64,000 bases of DNA. Origin: an uncultured archaeon. Its GTDB lineage: Archaea; Thermoplasmatota; Thermoplasmata; Thermoplasmatales; Thermoplasmataceae. Made by a program: the position numbers and the translations under genes. Location: positions 928,001 to 992,000 of the forward strand of contig CP009479.1 in assembly GCA_000965745.1 (NCBI GenBank), given 5' to 3'. Shown here in pieces: positions 48,198 through 58,247 of the stretch; the first letter of the stretch is position 1, and the number at the start of each line of letters is the position of its first letter. The notes below the pieces were generated by a model. The model did not search any database, was not told where the DNA came from, and saw nothing but the letters and a program-made list of their open reading frames with translations.

Positions 48198-49610
48198 ATG
48201 GCAAGAATTCGTAAAACAGCCATGGTTGATGAACCTGAAAAAGTATCTGAGAAGGAACTTAAGGAATTGGAGAAGGCCGCGAAAGAGGAAAGCGGCGGAT
48301 ACATAATATTCCTTCTTGTAGTTGTTTACTTGGGGTGGGGGTTAATCAATACAGACTCGAATCTGATATTGATTCTTTCAGGTCCAATTTTGAGTGCTCT
48401 AGGGTTGACATTGCAGCAATTCTCGTACATTGTATCGGCAGGATTCGCTGCGAGTTTCGTCCTCAGTCTGTTTCTGGGTCCACTGGGGGACAAGTTTGGA
48501 AGAAGATTTGTGCTTCAGCTCACGCTTGTTGGGACTGCGTTCTTTTCGGTACTGCAGTACTTCATCAACAGCTTCCTGAGCTGGTTCGGCATCAGGCTGG
48601 GAGCAGGCGCTTTCACTGGTGGTGAATGGGGTGCAGGTGCTACGGCCCTTTCCGAGACAGTCGACAAGAAGTACAGGGGTTTTGTCCTCTCAATAATGCA
48701 GTCGGGCTGGGTTTTTGGATATGGTCTGGCCAGTGTGATTTCACTGTTCGCAATAACAACATTCGGGGCCGCAAACGGATGGAGGATTGCTTTCCTGTTC
48801 GCCTTCCTGCCTGCAGTTCTCGTGCTCGCATTGAGGTTCTATGTGAAGGACCCTGAAAGGTTCAAGCATCTGAAGGACGTCGCTGCGGCCAAGAAAAGCG
48901 GAGACCAGGCAGTCCTAGCTGACCTTCTTACAAGGCACAAGGTAGATATTGAAAAGATCACCATGCCAAGCTACAGGCAGCTCTTCTCAAAGGATCTCGT
49001 GAGGATGACAATAGTACTTGCATTCTGGAACTTCATAACAACCGGGATAGCAATTACATCCAACACCTTCCAGCCAACATACTTCGAAGCTCAGTACTCC
49101 TTCGACCAGGTAACAACAATGTTCCTGATTGTTTCATTTGCAGGAATAATCGGGTATATCGCCAACGGTGTGCTCAACGATCGTATCGGTGCCAAGTACT
49201 CCATAATGATATTCGCTGCTATTGAGGTACTGGGCATACTCTTCCTGACATACTCAACAACCAACATTGTGAACCTGTATATATTCTACATAATGTTCTT
49301 CCTCGCAGAAAACGGTCAGTTCTCTGGTCTGATAAGGATGAATACCGAGAATTTCCCCACGAGGGTCAGAGTTACAGGTGCAATATGGGGTGGGGCTTTC
49401 TGGAGCCTTGGACAGGCAGTGTGGCCGCTCATTTTCGGTCAGGCTCTTGCAGTATTCGGTGTTTTCTCTGCAACTGGGATAAATATAGGGGCGTTCAACA
49501 ACGCATGGCTTTACGTTGAGGTATTTCCGGAGATAATTGCCATCATCATATTCTTCCTGGTCATGAAGAACACACCGCCAAGGAAGGAGCTCGAAGAGAT
49601 CGCTGTTTAA
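48198..49610 (+). CDS. MFS transporter (aromatic acid/sialate:H+ symporter-like)
   Basis: GPLGDKFGRR, GGEWGAG, QSGWVFG, ENFPTRVR. Confidence 0.85.
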   Translation: MARIRKTAMVDEPEKVSEKELKELEKAAKEESGGYIIFLLVVVYLGWGLINTDSNLILILSGPILSALGLTLQQFSYIVSAGFAASFVLSLFLGPLGDKFGRRFVLQLTLVGTAFFSVLQYFINSFLSWFGIRLGAGAFTGGEWGAGATALSETVDKKYRGFVLSIMQSGWVFGYGLASVISLFAITTFGAANGWRIAFLFAFLPAVLVLALRFYVKDPERFKHLKDVAAAKKSGDQAVLADLLTRHKVDIEKITMPSYRQLFSKDLVRMTIVLAFWNFITTGIAITSNTFQPTYFEAQYSFDQVTTMFLIVSFAGIIGYIANGVLNDRIGAKYSIMIFAAIEVLGILFLTYSTTNIVNLYIFYIMFFLAENGQFSGLIRMNTENFPTRVRVTGAIWGGAFWSLGQAVWPLIFGQALAVFGVFSATGINIGAFNNAWLYVEVFPEIIAIIIFFLVMKNTPPRKELEEIAV

Positions 49611-49677
49611 GTTTTGGAAAACCAAAACACCATTTATTTTTTAACTTACCTCTGATTATAGCGAAGGAGTTGTACAG

Positions 49678-50457
49678 ATGAGCGATGACGGGAAAGAGAT
49701 AATTTTCAAGGTACAGGGGAACTGCATAATAGTCGAGATAAACAGGCCCGAGAAGAACAATGTGCTGAACAATGAAATCAGGAAAGAGATCGTGGATTTT
49801 CTTGAAAAGTACAGGGAGGACGGGAAGATCAAGAGTGTCATATTTACAAGCAACGGCAAGAATTTCAGCGCCGGTGCAGACTTAAACAACCTTCTGTCAC
49901 TGGATGAGACTTCTGTAAAGGAATATACAGGATTCGTGAAGTATTTTCTCGAATTTATACAGAATTACCCAAAGGTTACAATCGGTGCTGTTCATGGAAT
50001 AGCAGTTGGGGGCGGTGTCGAACTTCTTCTTGCTCTCGATCTTGCAATTGCAACTGAAGATGCGAGATTCGGCCAGACTGAGCTTAACGTCGGCCTTATT
50101 CCAGGAGGCGGAGGAACACAGAGGCTTCCAAGGGCAGTCGGTGTAAGGAAGGCAAGGGAAATGATTTTCACAGGAAGGCTTATCAAAGCAGATGAAGCCT
50201 ACCAGTATGGCCTTGTCAACAGGATAGTTCCAGAGGAGTCGCTGATGGATGAAGCCCTGAAACTTGCTGAAAGAATCGGCGAAAAGAGCTCGTTGTCAAT
50301 TGCATTGGCAAAGAAGGCAATCAACGATCAATGGGCACCGTTAACCAACTCATTCGACCTGGAATCGCAGCTTTATGCAAGGATACTTCTTGAAGACGAC
50401 GGAAAAGAAGGCATAAGAGCGTTTCTGGAAAAGAGAAAACCAAACTACAGGGATTGA
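49678..50457 (+). CDS. enoyl-CoA hydratase/isomerase (crotonase) family
   Basis: FSAGADL, AVGGGVEL, FGQTELNVGLIPGGGGTQRL, AFLEKRKP. Confidence 0.92.
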   Translation: MSDDGKEIIFKVQGNCIIVEINRPEKNNVLNNEIRKEIVDFLEKYREDGKIKSVIFTSNGKNFSAGADLNNLLSLDETSVKEYTGFVKYFLEFIQNYPKVTIGAVHGIAVGGGVELLLALDLAIATEDARFGQTELNVGLIPGGGGTQRLPRAVGVRKAREMIFTGRLIKADEAYQYGLVNRIVPEESLMDEALKLAERIGEKSSLSIALAKKAINDQWAPLTNSFDLESQLYARILLEDDGKEGIRAFLEKRKPNYRD

Positions 50458-50478
50458 AAAATAAAAACAGTGGTAAAT

Positions 50479-50910
50479 CTACTGTTTCTTTACCATTATA
50501 GTGTGCTCTACTTCCATGACTTTATCGCCATTCTGGTTGAAGACATCTGAATGTAGGGTAACTATTCCGTCTTCCTGCCTTTCTCTTTTTTCCTTGACGG
50601 TGGATTCACAGGTTATTGTATCCCCTATCTTTACGCTCTTTTTTGCCTTGAAGCTCGATCCAAGAAGGGCCACGAACCCCTTCTCAAACGGAGCGCTTGG
50701 AAACAGATAAATCAAGCCTGTAGCCATTGAGGCAGTCAGATACCCTGGCGCAATCCTGCCGCCGAATGAAGTTTTACTTGAAAATTCTTCATCAAGAAAC
50801 AGGGAGTTATGAGCGCCGGTCATGGTTGAGAAGAGAACTATGTCTGCTTCTGTGATGGTTCTGCCCTTGGACTTCTCCTTGAAATCATCCGTAAACTCTT
50901 CAAAATACAT
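50479..50910 (-). CDS. MaoC family (hot-dog fold) dehydratase
   Basis: GRTITEADI, FGGRIAPG, VKIGDTI. Confidence 0.85.
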   Translation of the reverse strand: MYFEEFTDDFKEKSKGRTITEADIVLFSTMTGAHNSLFLDEEFSSKTSFGGRIAPGYLTASMATGLIYLFPSAPFEKGFVALLGSSFKAKKSVKIGDTITCESTVKEKRERQEDGIVTLHSDVFNQNGDKVMEVEHTIMVKKQ

Positions 50911-51188
50911 TATGGAAGAATGGTCAGGAATGATAATAGCTTTTCCGGTACCAGCTGTTGCATTGATGGCCTGTGAGGCAAGAGCATCCCAAGGACGCTC
51001 TGTACATCTGTCAGGCTGTCGGAATACAAGTCAGGGATCGAACCACTCAAAAAAACCCCATTCCAAAAAAGGGAAATGCCAATTCTGGAACTCAATGATA
51101 TAATAATCGAACGGAATCAATACACTAACCACTGCTTATTAGCACCTGGGACTGAAAAATATTTTAACAGCAAAGGACATTCCATACT

Positions 51189-52052
51189 ATGAGACCTAGA
51201 CCTTTTTTGCTTCATAGGCCTAATACACTCAAGGAGGCTTCTGAATTGCTTTATTCCCACGAAGACGCGAAGCCCCTTGCAGGTGGACAGAGCCTTATTC
51301 CAATGATGAAGCTCAGAATTTATTCACCAGAGGAAATTGTAATGATCGGCCATCTTCCGGAGATGCAGCCCGGGGTTAAGCAGGAAGGCAGCACCATTGT
51401 GATTAATTCTATGACTACGCATGATATGGTGCACCATAACGAACTTATATCGGAGTACCTCCCCGTTCTCTCAGAGGCTGCGGCGGCAATCGCCGACCAG
51501 CAGATCAGAAACAGGGGGACAATAGGCGGAAACATAGCCCACGGTGACCCCTCAACAAACCTGTCGGCGGCACTCCTTGCTCTCGATGCAAAAGTTCTTG
51601 CCAGCGGAAAGGACGGGCAGAGGGAAATCCCCATCGACGAATTTTTCCTTGATCTCTTCACAACAGCTCTAGAGCCCGGTGAAATAATTACGGGATTCAA
51701 GGTTGACATACCTAAAAATTCCAGGCAGAAATTCATGAAAATAACGCGCTCGGACACTGCATTCCCGCTGGCTTTCGTTGCGGTGAACATCCAGCTTTCA
51801 GATGGTGTAGTGAAGGACGCCAGGATAGGACTTGGAGTTGCTGCCCCCACACCCATAAGGGCTACTGAAGCTGAGGAATACCTGAAAAACAAGCAGCTCA
51901 ACCAGGAAACTATTCTCAAGACTGCAGAAATGGCAACAAAGGATCTTGAGCCTCCGGGAGATGTTCATGCGTCTCCTGAGTACAGGAAGAACCTGCTCAA
52001 TGTATTAATGAAAAGATGTCTCAACTCACTTTTGGAGGAGGTGAAACAATGA
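51189..52052 (+). CDS. molybdenum hydroxylase FAD subunit (CoxM/CutM-like)
   Basis: [29 protein letters not shown]. Confidence 0.92.
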   Translation: MRPRPFLLHRPNTLKEASELLYSHEDAKPLAGGQSLIPMMKLRIYSPEEIVMIGHLPEMQPGVKQEGSTIVINSMTTHDMVHHNELISEYLPVLSEAAAAIADQQIRNRGTIGGNIAHGDPSTNLSAALLALDAKVLASGKDGQREIPIDEFFLDLFTTALEPGEIITGFKVDIPKNSRQKFMKITRSDTAFPLAFVAVNIQLSDGVVKDARIGLGVAAPTPIRATEAEEYLKNKQLNQETILKTAEMATKDLEPPGDVHASPEYRKNLLNVLMKRCLNSLLEEVKQ

Positions 52053-52543
52053 TGGAAGGTTTGGTAAAAGTTTCAATTGATATTAACGGCAAGAAATACA
52101 CGGATGATGTTGAACCGAGATTGCTTCTCGTGGATTTCATAAGGGATATTGCAAGGCTGAAAGGAACACACATCGGTTGTGATACCACAAGCTGTGGTGC
52201 TTGCACGATTCTCATCGACGGGATGTCAGTGAAGTCCTGCACAATGTTTGCAGTGGAAGCAGATGGCAGAAAGATACAGACAGTGGAGTCCCTGGCGACA
52301 GACGACAAGCTCCATCCCCTGCAGGAAGCTTTCTGGGAGCATCACGCACTCCAGTGCGGCTACTGCACACCCGGGATGCTGATGTCATCAACATTCCTGC
52401 TTAGCAGGAACAGCGACCCTACAGAGGAGGAAATCAGGGAAGGAATTGCAGGAAACATTTGCAGATGCACAGGATATATAAACATCATAAAAGCAGTAAA
52501 GGACGCAGCAGGTAAGATAAACGCCGGAAAGGAGACGGAGTGA
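52049..52543 (+). CDS. molybdenum hydroxylase 2Fe-2S subunit (CoxS/CutS-like)
   Basis: [24 protein letters not shown]; ATGA overlap at 52049 with GGAGGTGA RBS. Confidence 0.93.
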   Translation: MMEGLVKVSIDINGKKYTDDVEPRLLLVDFIRDIARLKGTHIGCDTTSCGACTILIDGMSVKSCTMFAVEADGRKIQTVESLATDDKLHPLQEAFWEHHALQCGYCTPGMLMSSTFLLSRNSDPTEEEIREGIAGNICRCTGYINIIKAVKDAAGKINAGKETE

Positions 52544-52549
52544 TCCCGG

Positions 52550-54982
52550 ATGCCTCAAAAGGCTGAGTTGGTTGTAGAGAAAGCACCCGAAACAACGGCG
52601 GCTTTCAAGTACATGGGTACGCCCGTCAAAGTAGCAGAGGACTTGATTCCTCTGCAGGGAAAGGGCCAGTATCTGGATGATGTGGAGATTCCCGGGACAC
52701 TTTACATGGCGTACACCCTGTCTCCATACGGGCATGCAAAGATCAAGAAAATAGACACCAGCAAGTGCCTGGAACTGCCGGGTGTTCATTACGTGCTCAC
52801 AGGGGAAGAACTGAAGGCAAACATGGATCCTTACATGCAGATCGCCCCACCACCATCTGGAAACCTGAAGGACTACCCGCTTGCGGTGGACAAAGTAAGG
52901 TACTACGGTGAACCGGTGGCAGCGGTAGTTGCTTCTAACGCATACATTGCCGAAGATGCAGCTGAGCTTGTGGATGTTGAATACGAACCCCTTCCGGTGG
53001 TGACTGATGCTGAAGATGCTCTCAAAGAAGGGTCACCTGTTCTCCACGACTCGGTTGGGAACAACCTGGTCTGGAGAGGTGTCTGGGATCTTGGCGATGC
53101 AGAAAAGGCGCTGAAGGAAGCAGATTATGTTGTTGAGGATACGGTTAAGACTCACAGGTATGCTGCAGTCCCGCTTGAAACCAGCGGAGTGCTGGCAACA
53201 TACGACCAGAGTGTTGACACCATAACAGTATACAGTGTAAACCAGATGCCCATGTTCTCGCTCCCAATCATCTGTGGAGCCCTGAGGATGCCACCGTCAA
53301 AATTCAGGATGATTCTCCCCCCAAACGTAGGTGGAGCATTCGGTGGAAAGATCATCAACTTCACGCACATTACAGTGGTAGCATATCTGTCAAAATTGCT
53401 GAAAGCCCCTGTGAAGTACGTGGAGAACAGGTCAGAGAACATAATGTCCGGAACGCACAATAATGAGAGAATTTTCCATGTGAAACTCGCGGTCAGGAAA
53501 GATGGACGTGTGACAGGGGCATACATGAAGGCTGTGGACAATTGTGGGGCTTACCCAAGATATGAGCCTGCAGGAGCTGTAATCTGGGCTCAGGTTGTAC
53601 CGGGCATCTACGACGTCCAGAACGTCTACGTTGATTTTAGCCAGGCAACAACGAACAAAGGCCCGACAGGGCCTGTGAGGGGTTATTCGAGAATACAGCA
53701 CAATTTCATGTGGGAAAGGATGATGAACCGTGTTGCGCAGAAGCTTAACATGGATCCGGCTGAAGTAAGAAGACTCAACCTCATCAAGGCCGAGCAGATG
53801 CCTTACGAGGGACCTTCGAGGACTATATATGATGGAGGGGACTACCACAAGGCCTTTGACACTCTCCTTGACACCATTGAGTACGGAAAGTGGAGAGAGA
53901 AGCAGAAAGAGGCGAGAAAACAAGGAAAACTCATAGGAATAGGCCTCTCTGCGGTCATTGACTCAGGGGCAAACAATTTCGCGCAGGTTAAGATCATAAA
54001 TCCGCACTTTCCAGCCTCAGGAAGCATGGAAGTGGGCCTGGTTATGATCGACCAGTTCGGAACACTGGTCGCCAGGACTGGAACTACAGACCAGGGGCAG
54101 TCCCATGCAACAACCTTCGGCCAGATAGTTTCAGAAGTGTTCAACACGGGCCCTGAGAATGTGGTTTTCCAGCAGGGTTTTGACTCAATAAGCAACGTTT
54201 GGGCGGCATTCTCAGGAGCGTATGCAAGCAGAAGCGCAGTAATGGCTGGAACAGCACTTTACTATGCTGCAATTAGGCTTAAGGAAAAGGTTCTTACAAT
54301 AGCAGCCCACGCTCTTGGAGAGCTCGAATCAGACCTTGAAGCGAAGGACGCCGCCGTTGTGAGCATGAAGACTGACAAGAAACTTCCTCTCGGGGATATT
54401 GCCACCCTAGCCTGGCTTGACGTGAACAAGCTTCCAGAAGACATGGAGCCGGGTCTGGTCAGCTATGCAGTCTACAAGCCGGACTTTACATACAATATGC
54501 CTGATGAAAAGAAGAGGGTCAACAACACCCTGACCTATTCATATGCAATACACGGAACAGTCGTGGAAGTTGATCCTGAAACTTACGAGATGAAGATACT
54601 GAAGCATGGTGTTGTTTCAGATCCGGGTTTCATGATCAACCCGCTGGTTGTCGAAGGCCAGGAGATGGGTGCAACACTTCACGGAATAAGTGCTGCCCTG
54701 ATGGAAAATCTTGAGTACGATGAAGATGGAATACTCTTGACATCCAACTTCTGGGACTATCTTGTAGCAGGGGCGAAGCACATGCCAGACATAGACATGA
54801 AAACAATAGTAACAAGATCCACCAGTTCAGTTCTCGGTGTGAGAGGGGTCGGAGAAGGTGGAGGAGGACCGATAGGTTCAATAGTGAATGCTGTGGAGGA
54901 CGCTCTTCAGCCACTCGGAATAAAGCTATTAAGCTCCAACCTATCTGCAAACGAGTTATATTCCAAGGCCAACAAAAAATGA
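52550..54982 (+). CDS. xanthine dehydrogenase-family molybdopterin subunit (CoxL-like, not a CO dehydrogenase)
   Basis: VGGAFGGK, QGQSHAT, AYASRS, RGVGEGG; active-site loop GPVRGYSR. Confidence 0.9.
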   Translation: MPQKAELVVEKAPETTAAFKYMGTPVKVAEDLIPLQGKGQYLDDVEIPGTLYMAYTLSPYGHAKIKKIDTSKCLELPGVHYVLTGEELKANMDPYMQIAPPPSGNLKDYPLAVDKVRYYGEPVAAVVASNAYIAEDAAELVDVEYEPLPVVTDAEDALKEGSPVLHDSVGNNLVWRGVWDLGDAEKALKEADYVVEDTVKTHRYAAVPLETSGVLATYDQSVDTITVYSVNQMPMFSLPIICGALRMPPSKFRMILPPNVGGAFGGKIINFTHITVVAYLSKLLKAPVKYVENRSENIMSGTHNNERIFHVKLAVRKDGRVTGAYMKAVDNCGAYPRYEPAGAVIWAQVVPGIYDVQNVYVDFSQATTNKGPTGPVRGYSRIQHNFMWERMMNRVAQKLNMDPAEVRRLNLIKAEQMPYEGPSRTIYDGGDYHKAFDTLLDTIEYGKWREKQKEARKQGKLIGIGLSAVIDSGANNFAQVKIINPHFPASGSMEVGLVMIDQFGTLVARTGTTDQGQSHATTFGQIVSEVFNTGPENVVFQQGFDSISNVWAAFSGAYASRSAVMAGTALYYAAIRLKEKVLTIAAHALGELESDLEAKDAAVVSMKTDKKLPLGDIATLAWLDVNKLPEDMEPGLVSYAVYKPDFTYNMPDEKKRVNNTLTYSYAIHGTVVEVDPETYEMKILKHGVVSDPGFMINPLVVEGQEMGATLHGISAALMENLEYDEDGILLTSNFWDYLVAGAKHMPDIDMKTIVTRSTSSVLGVRGVGEGGGGPIGSIVNAVEDALQPLGIKLLSSNLSANELYSKANKK

Positions 54983-54994
54983 GGTGAAAAAAGA

Positions 54995-55435
54995 ATGAAA
55001 TTTGAAGGATCCAGAGAAGTAAACACGAGTGCGCAGGCAGTATGGGATTTCCTGACAAACCCAAACAACATGGCGGAGTGCCTTCCGGATGCAAAGTCAC
55101 ATGAAGTTGTTGACGACAAGACAATAAAGGCACAACTGAAGGTGGGAGTAGGCTTCATCAAGGAAGTGTTTGACTCCACAATCAGCTATTCCGAAGTCAC
55201 GCCTGACTCAAAGGACATGAAAATCAAAATAGACGCAAAAGCCAAGGCAAACACTGCCACTATAAACATCGATGTCCATGTGGACGGGGCAGACTCAGCT
55301 GCAAAACTCCAGTGGACTGTCGATGCAGTTATGGCTGGAAGACTCGCCAGCATTGGTCAGAGATACATCAGCAAGGTTTCTGACAAGGTCATAGAACAGG
55401 CTTTTGAGTGCATGATGTCCAAGCTTGCACCATAA
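54995..55435 (+). CDS. CoxG/SRPBCC-domain accessory protein
   Basis: VWDFLTNP, ECLPDA, GRLASIGQR. Confidence 0.85.
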   Translation: MKFEGSREVNTSAQAVWDFLTNPNNMAECLPDAKSHEVVDDKTIKAQLKVGVGFIKEVFDSTISYSEVTPDSKDMKIKIDAKAKANTATINIDVHVDGADSAAKLQWTVDAVMAGRLASIGQRYISKVSDKVIEQAFECMMSKLAP

Positions 55436-55583
55436 ACCATTTTTTTCTATTTAATCTGGACAATCAAAGAGTTTATGTTTTTGATGATTCTTGGTTTTAA
55501 TATTTTCGTATTCAGTCTTTCTGCTTAGGCAATAATTTGCTAGGTAAATTTATAGATAAAACAATCATTAAGACGCTGATAAT

Positions 55584-56288
55584 ATGAAAATTGGCACTTT
55601 CTTGACCCTTGGCTCTCCCGAGATATGTGAGATGCTCGGTAATGAGATAGATTTTGCAGTTATAGATGCCGAGCATGGTGTGCTCATGGACAACACTTTG
55701 ATCTCGGTCTTGCGGGCCATTCCCTCTGAGATTACGCCATGGGTTCGAGTGAAAAGACCAGAACTGGCCAGCCTCGCCTTGGATCTTGGTGCAAAAGCTA
55801 TCCTTATTCCACAGGTTCGTTCGATGCAGGATCTCAACTCTGCGGTGGAGTCATTCTACTACCCACCCAAGGGTCAGAGAGGATGGGGTCCTGGAAGGGT
55901 TTCCAGATATGGAATGGACATGATGAAGATAATCCAGGATGAAGCTATAAATGAGCTTTGGGTTCAAATCGAAACAAGGGAAGCACTTGAAATGGTGGAA
56001 GACATTGCCGCCCGTGAGGAGATCGATGGCCTTTTTGTCGGTCCCGGGGATCTTTCGCTTGCCCTTGGACACCCGGGCGAATGGAGCAATGAAGAACTGA
56101 AAAGTTCCACAGAGAGAATATTTGAAGCTTCTAGGAAGAATGGTAAAAAATTCGGGATATTCACGGGCAATCCAGCCCAGGTTAGCTTCTGGGATAAGAA
56201 AGGGGCTGATCTTGTAGTTTTCGGTGCAGACTCTATATTTTTCATAGAAGGCTACAGGAACCTTATGAAAGAAGCAGGGAGGCAATGA
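55584..56288 (+). CDS. HpcH/HpaI class II pyruvate aldolase
   Basis: IDAEHG, YPPKGQRGWG, VQIET, FVGPGDLS. Confidence 0.9.
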   Translation: MKIGTFLTLGSPEICEMLGNEIDFAVIDAEHGVLMDNTLISVLRAIPSEITPWVRVKRPELASLALDLGAKAILIPQVRSMQDLNSAVESFYYPPKGQRGWGPGRVSRYGMDMMKIIQDEAINELWVQIETREALEMVEDIAAREEIDGLFVGPGDLSLALGHPGEWSNEELKSSTERIFEASRKNGKKFGIFTGNPAQVSFWDKKGADLVVFGADSIFFIEGYRNLMKEAGRQ

Positions 56289-56289
56289 A

Positions 56290-57279
56290 ATGGCAAAGAT
56301 TGTATTGAAAACAGATGGCGATTTCAGAGACGTGGGAATGGAGAGGAAGCTACTGCAGGATGCTGGATATGAGTTGGTTGAGAGAAACTGCCTCACATCC
56401 ATGGACGTTCTCGAGGCCTGCAGGGAACTGAATCCTGATGCACTGATTGTACTCAAAGCACCAATCAATCAGGAAGTCATGGCTTCTGCGACTTCGGTCA
56501 AGGCAATCTCACGGTACGGGATCGGGCTTGACATGATAGATATGTCCGCAGCTAGCGAAATGGGAATACCAGTTGCATACGTGCCAGATTACTGCGTTGA
56601 CGAGGTGAGCAATCATGCCATTTCTCTGATGTTTTCTGCCGAAAGGAGACTACTCATTTTCGACAGGAAGGTCAGGAAAGGTGACTGGTCCATGGACGGG
56701 ATAGCTCCTGTGCACAGGTTCAGTGAAAAGACGCTAGGTTTACTTGGTTTTGGGAGACTTTCCCGTGCGGTTGCACAAAAGATGAAGGCATTTGATGTAA
56801 GACTGACGTCATTTGACCCACTTGTCAAAGGAGAGGAAATGGCGGCTCTAGATGTGGAGAAAGCAGAAACTATCGATGAATTGCTTGCTAATTCGGACAT
56901 AATCAGCATCCATGTTCCTCTTACTAGACAGACTCACGGCCTCATAGGAAAAGAGGCGCTGGAAAAAATGAAAAAGGGCTCTGTCGTAATAAATACATCT
57001 AGAGGCGGTATTGTTGACCAGAAGGCACTTTTGGAATCTATTAAGACAGGGCATATTGCGTCGGCGGGGCTGGACGTCTTTGAGGAGGAGCCAATTAATC
57101 CATCAGATCCAATACTAAAAGAATCCAGAATTGTACTTTCTCCACATGTTTCATATTATTCAGAGGAAGCACTTTCGCAGGTGCAGAGTGACACAGCCCA
57201 AGGGATTGTGGATATACTAAGGGGAAAAAGGCCGAGGAACCTTGCTAATCCCGAAGTGTGGGGCAAGAGGCGTACATAA
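56290..57279 (+). CDS. D-isomer specific 2-hydroxyacid dehydrogenase (CtBP/SerA-like)
   Basis: VPDYCVDEV, GLLGFGR, INTSRGG, LDVFEEEP, SPHVSYYS. Confidence 0.92.
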   Translation: MAKIVLKTDGDFRDVGMERKLLQDAGYELVERNCLTSMDVLEACRELNPDALIVLKAPINQEVMASATSVKAISRYGIGLDMIDMSAASEMGIPVAYVPDYCVDEVSNHAISLMFSAERRLLIFDRKVRKGDWSMDGIAPVHRFSEKTLGLLGFGRLSRAVAQKMKAFDVRLTSFDPLVKGEEMAALDVEKAETIDELLANSDIISIHVPLTRQTHGLIGKEALEKMKKGSVVINTSRGGIVDQKALLESIKTGHIASAGLDVFEEEPINPSDPILKESRIVLSPHVSYYSEEALSQVQSDTAQGIVDILRGKRPRNLANPEVWGKRRT

Positions 57280-57284
57280 TCACT

Positions 57285-58166
57285 CTAATATATGCCAATG
57301 GGAGAAACAGGGGAACCCGCCCCACCCTTCAATTTTAGCGGAGCACAGGCAAAGAGGAATTCAGTCACTCCATCCATCGAAAGTTCTTGGAGCCTCATGT
57401 TTTCCACTAGGTGCATACCACTTCCCTTGATGAGTATCTGGTGGCACGGGAACAGAGTGGATGCATCCTCTGAATTAGTCACTTCATATGGCGAGGTATC
57501 TGTGCCAGTGATACTAGCACCACTTTTTCCGAGCCATTTTGCCACTTCAACGCCGGGCCCAGGCGCATCACCAAGGTATTTCTCATTATCAACAGCCCAC
57601 AGCTTCCCAAATCCTGTATGGAAAAACACCCCATCGCCACGTTTTATGGTAAGACCATACTCTCTCACCAGTTTCAATACTTCATCAACGTTTATTTCGT
57701 AACCGGGATCAAGCATGTCCACACCAAAGAATCTGGCAAAATCAAGAAGGAGACCTCTTGTAAACACAGGAGGCATAGTCTCTATCCCGAGTTTCGTTGT
57801 TCCAGTTTCAGCTGAAATCTCCCTTATGTCGATCCCACCATATATTTCGTGTCTGAAAGAAGCATGGTTAAGGCCGTCCACATGGGTTCCAGTGTGGTCA
57901 GAAAGCTCATACCTGCAAACCATTGAACCAAGCTCGTTCTTGAATTCGCTGAACTTTCTCAGAGAATAGTCTACATCCCTGTAGGTGTATGAGAAATACG
58001 GTCCATGGAACCAGATCTGCGGCATCCTATCGCTCAGCTCTTGGCTAAGACTTACCGCTCTCCCTTTCCTGACAAGGGATGCCGATTCTATCATTTTGTC
58101 GGGCGTAATTAGTGCTAAAGTCCCAAGATCATCGATTTCCGCGGGTGGCATGTAGTCACAATACAC
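57285..58166 (-). CDS. cyclase family metal hydrolase
   Basis: HTGTHVDGLNH, FHTG, APLKLKGGAGSPV; start uncertain (ATG near 58151). Confidence 0.85.
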   Translation of the reverse strand: MYCDYMPPAEIDDLGTLALITPDKMIESASLVRKGRAVSLSQELSDRMPQIWFHGPYFSYTYRDVDYSLRKFSEFKNELGSMVCRYELSDHTGTHVDGLNHASFRHEIYGGIDIREISAETGTTKLGIETMPPVFTRGLLLDFARFFGVDMLDPGYEINVDEVLKLVREYGLTIKRGDGVFFHTGFGKLWAVDNEKYLGDAPGPGVEVAKWLGKSGASITGTDTSPYEVTNSEDASTLFPCHQILIKGSGMHLVENMRLQELSMDGVTEFLFACAPLKLKGGAGSPVSPIGIY

Positions 58167-58247
58167 AGAATGCTTAAAACTTCATTGTAAAGGTTTAAAT
58201 CGACTGATGAATGAGAAACCAGTTAAATACCTCCTTATGCTGTACAC

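Noticed and set aside
51189-55435. Aerobic CO dehydrogenase
   Set aside because: The large subunit lacks AYxCSFR and AYxGAGR, and there are no coxDEF genes
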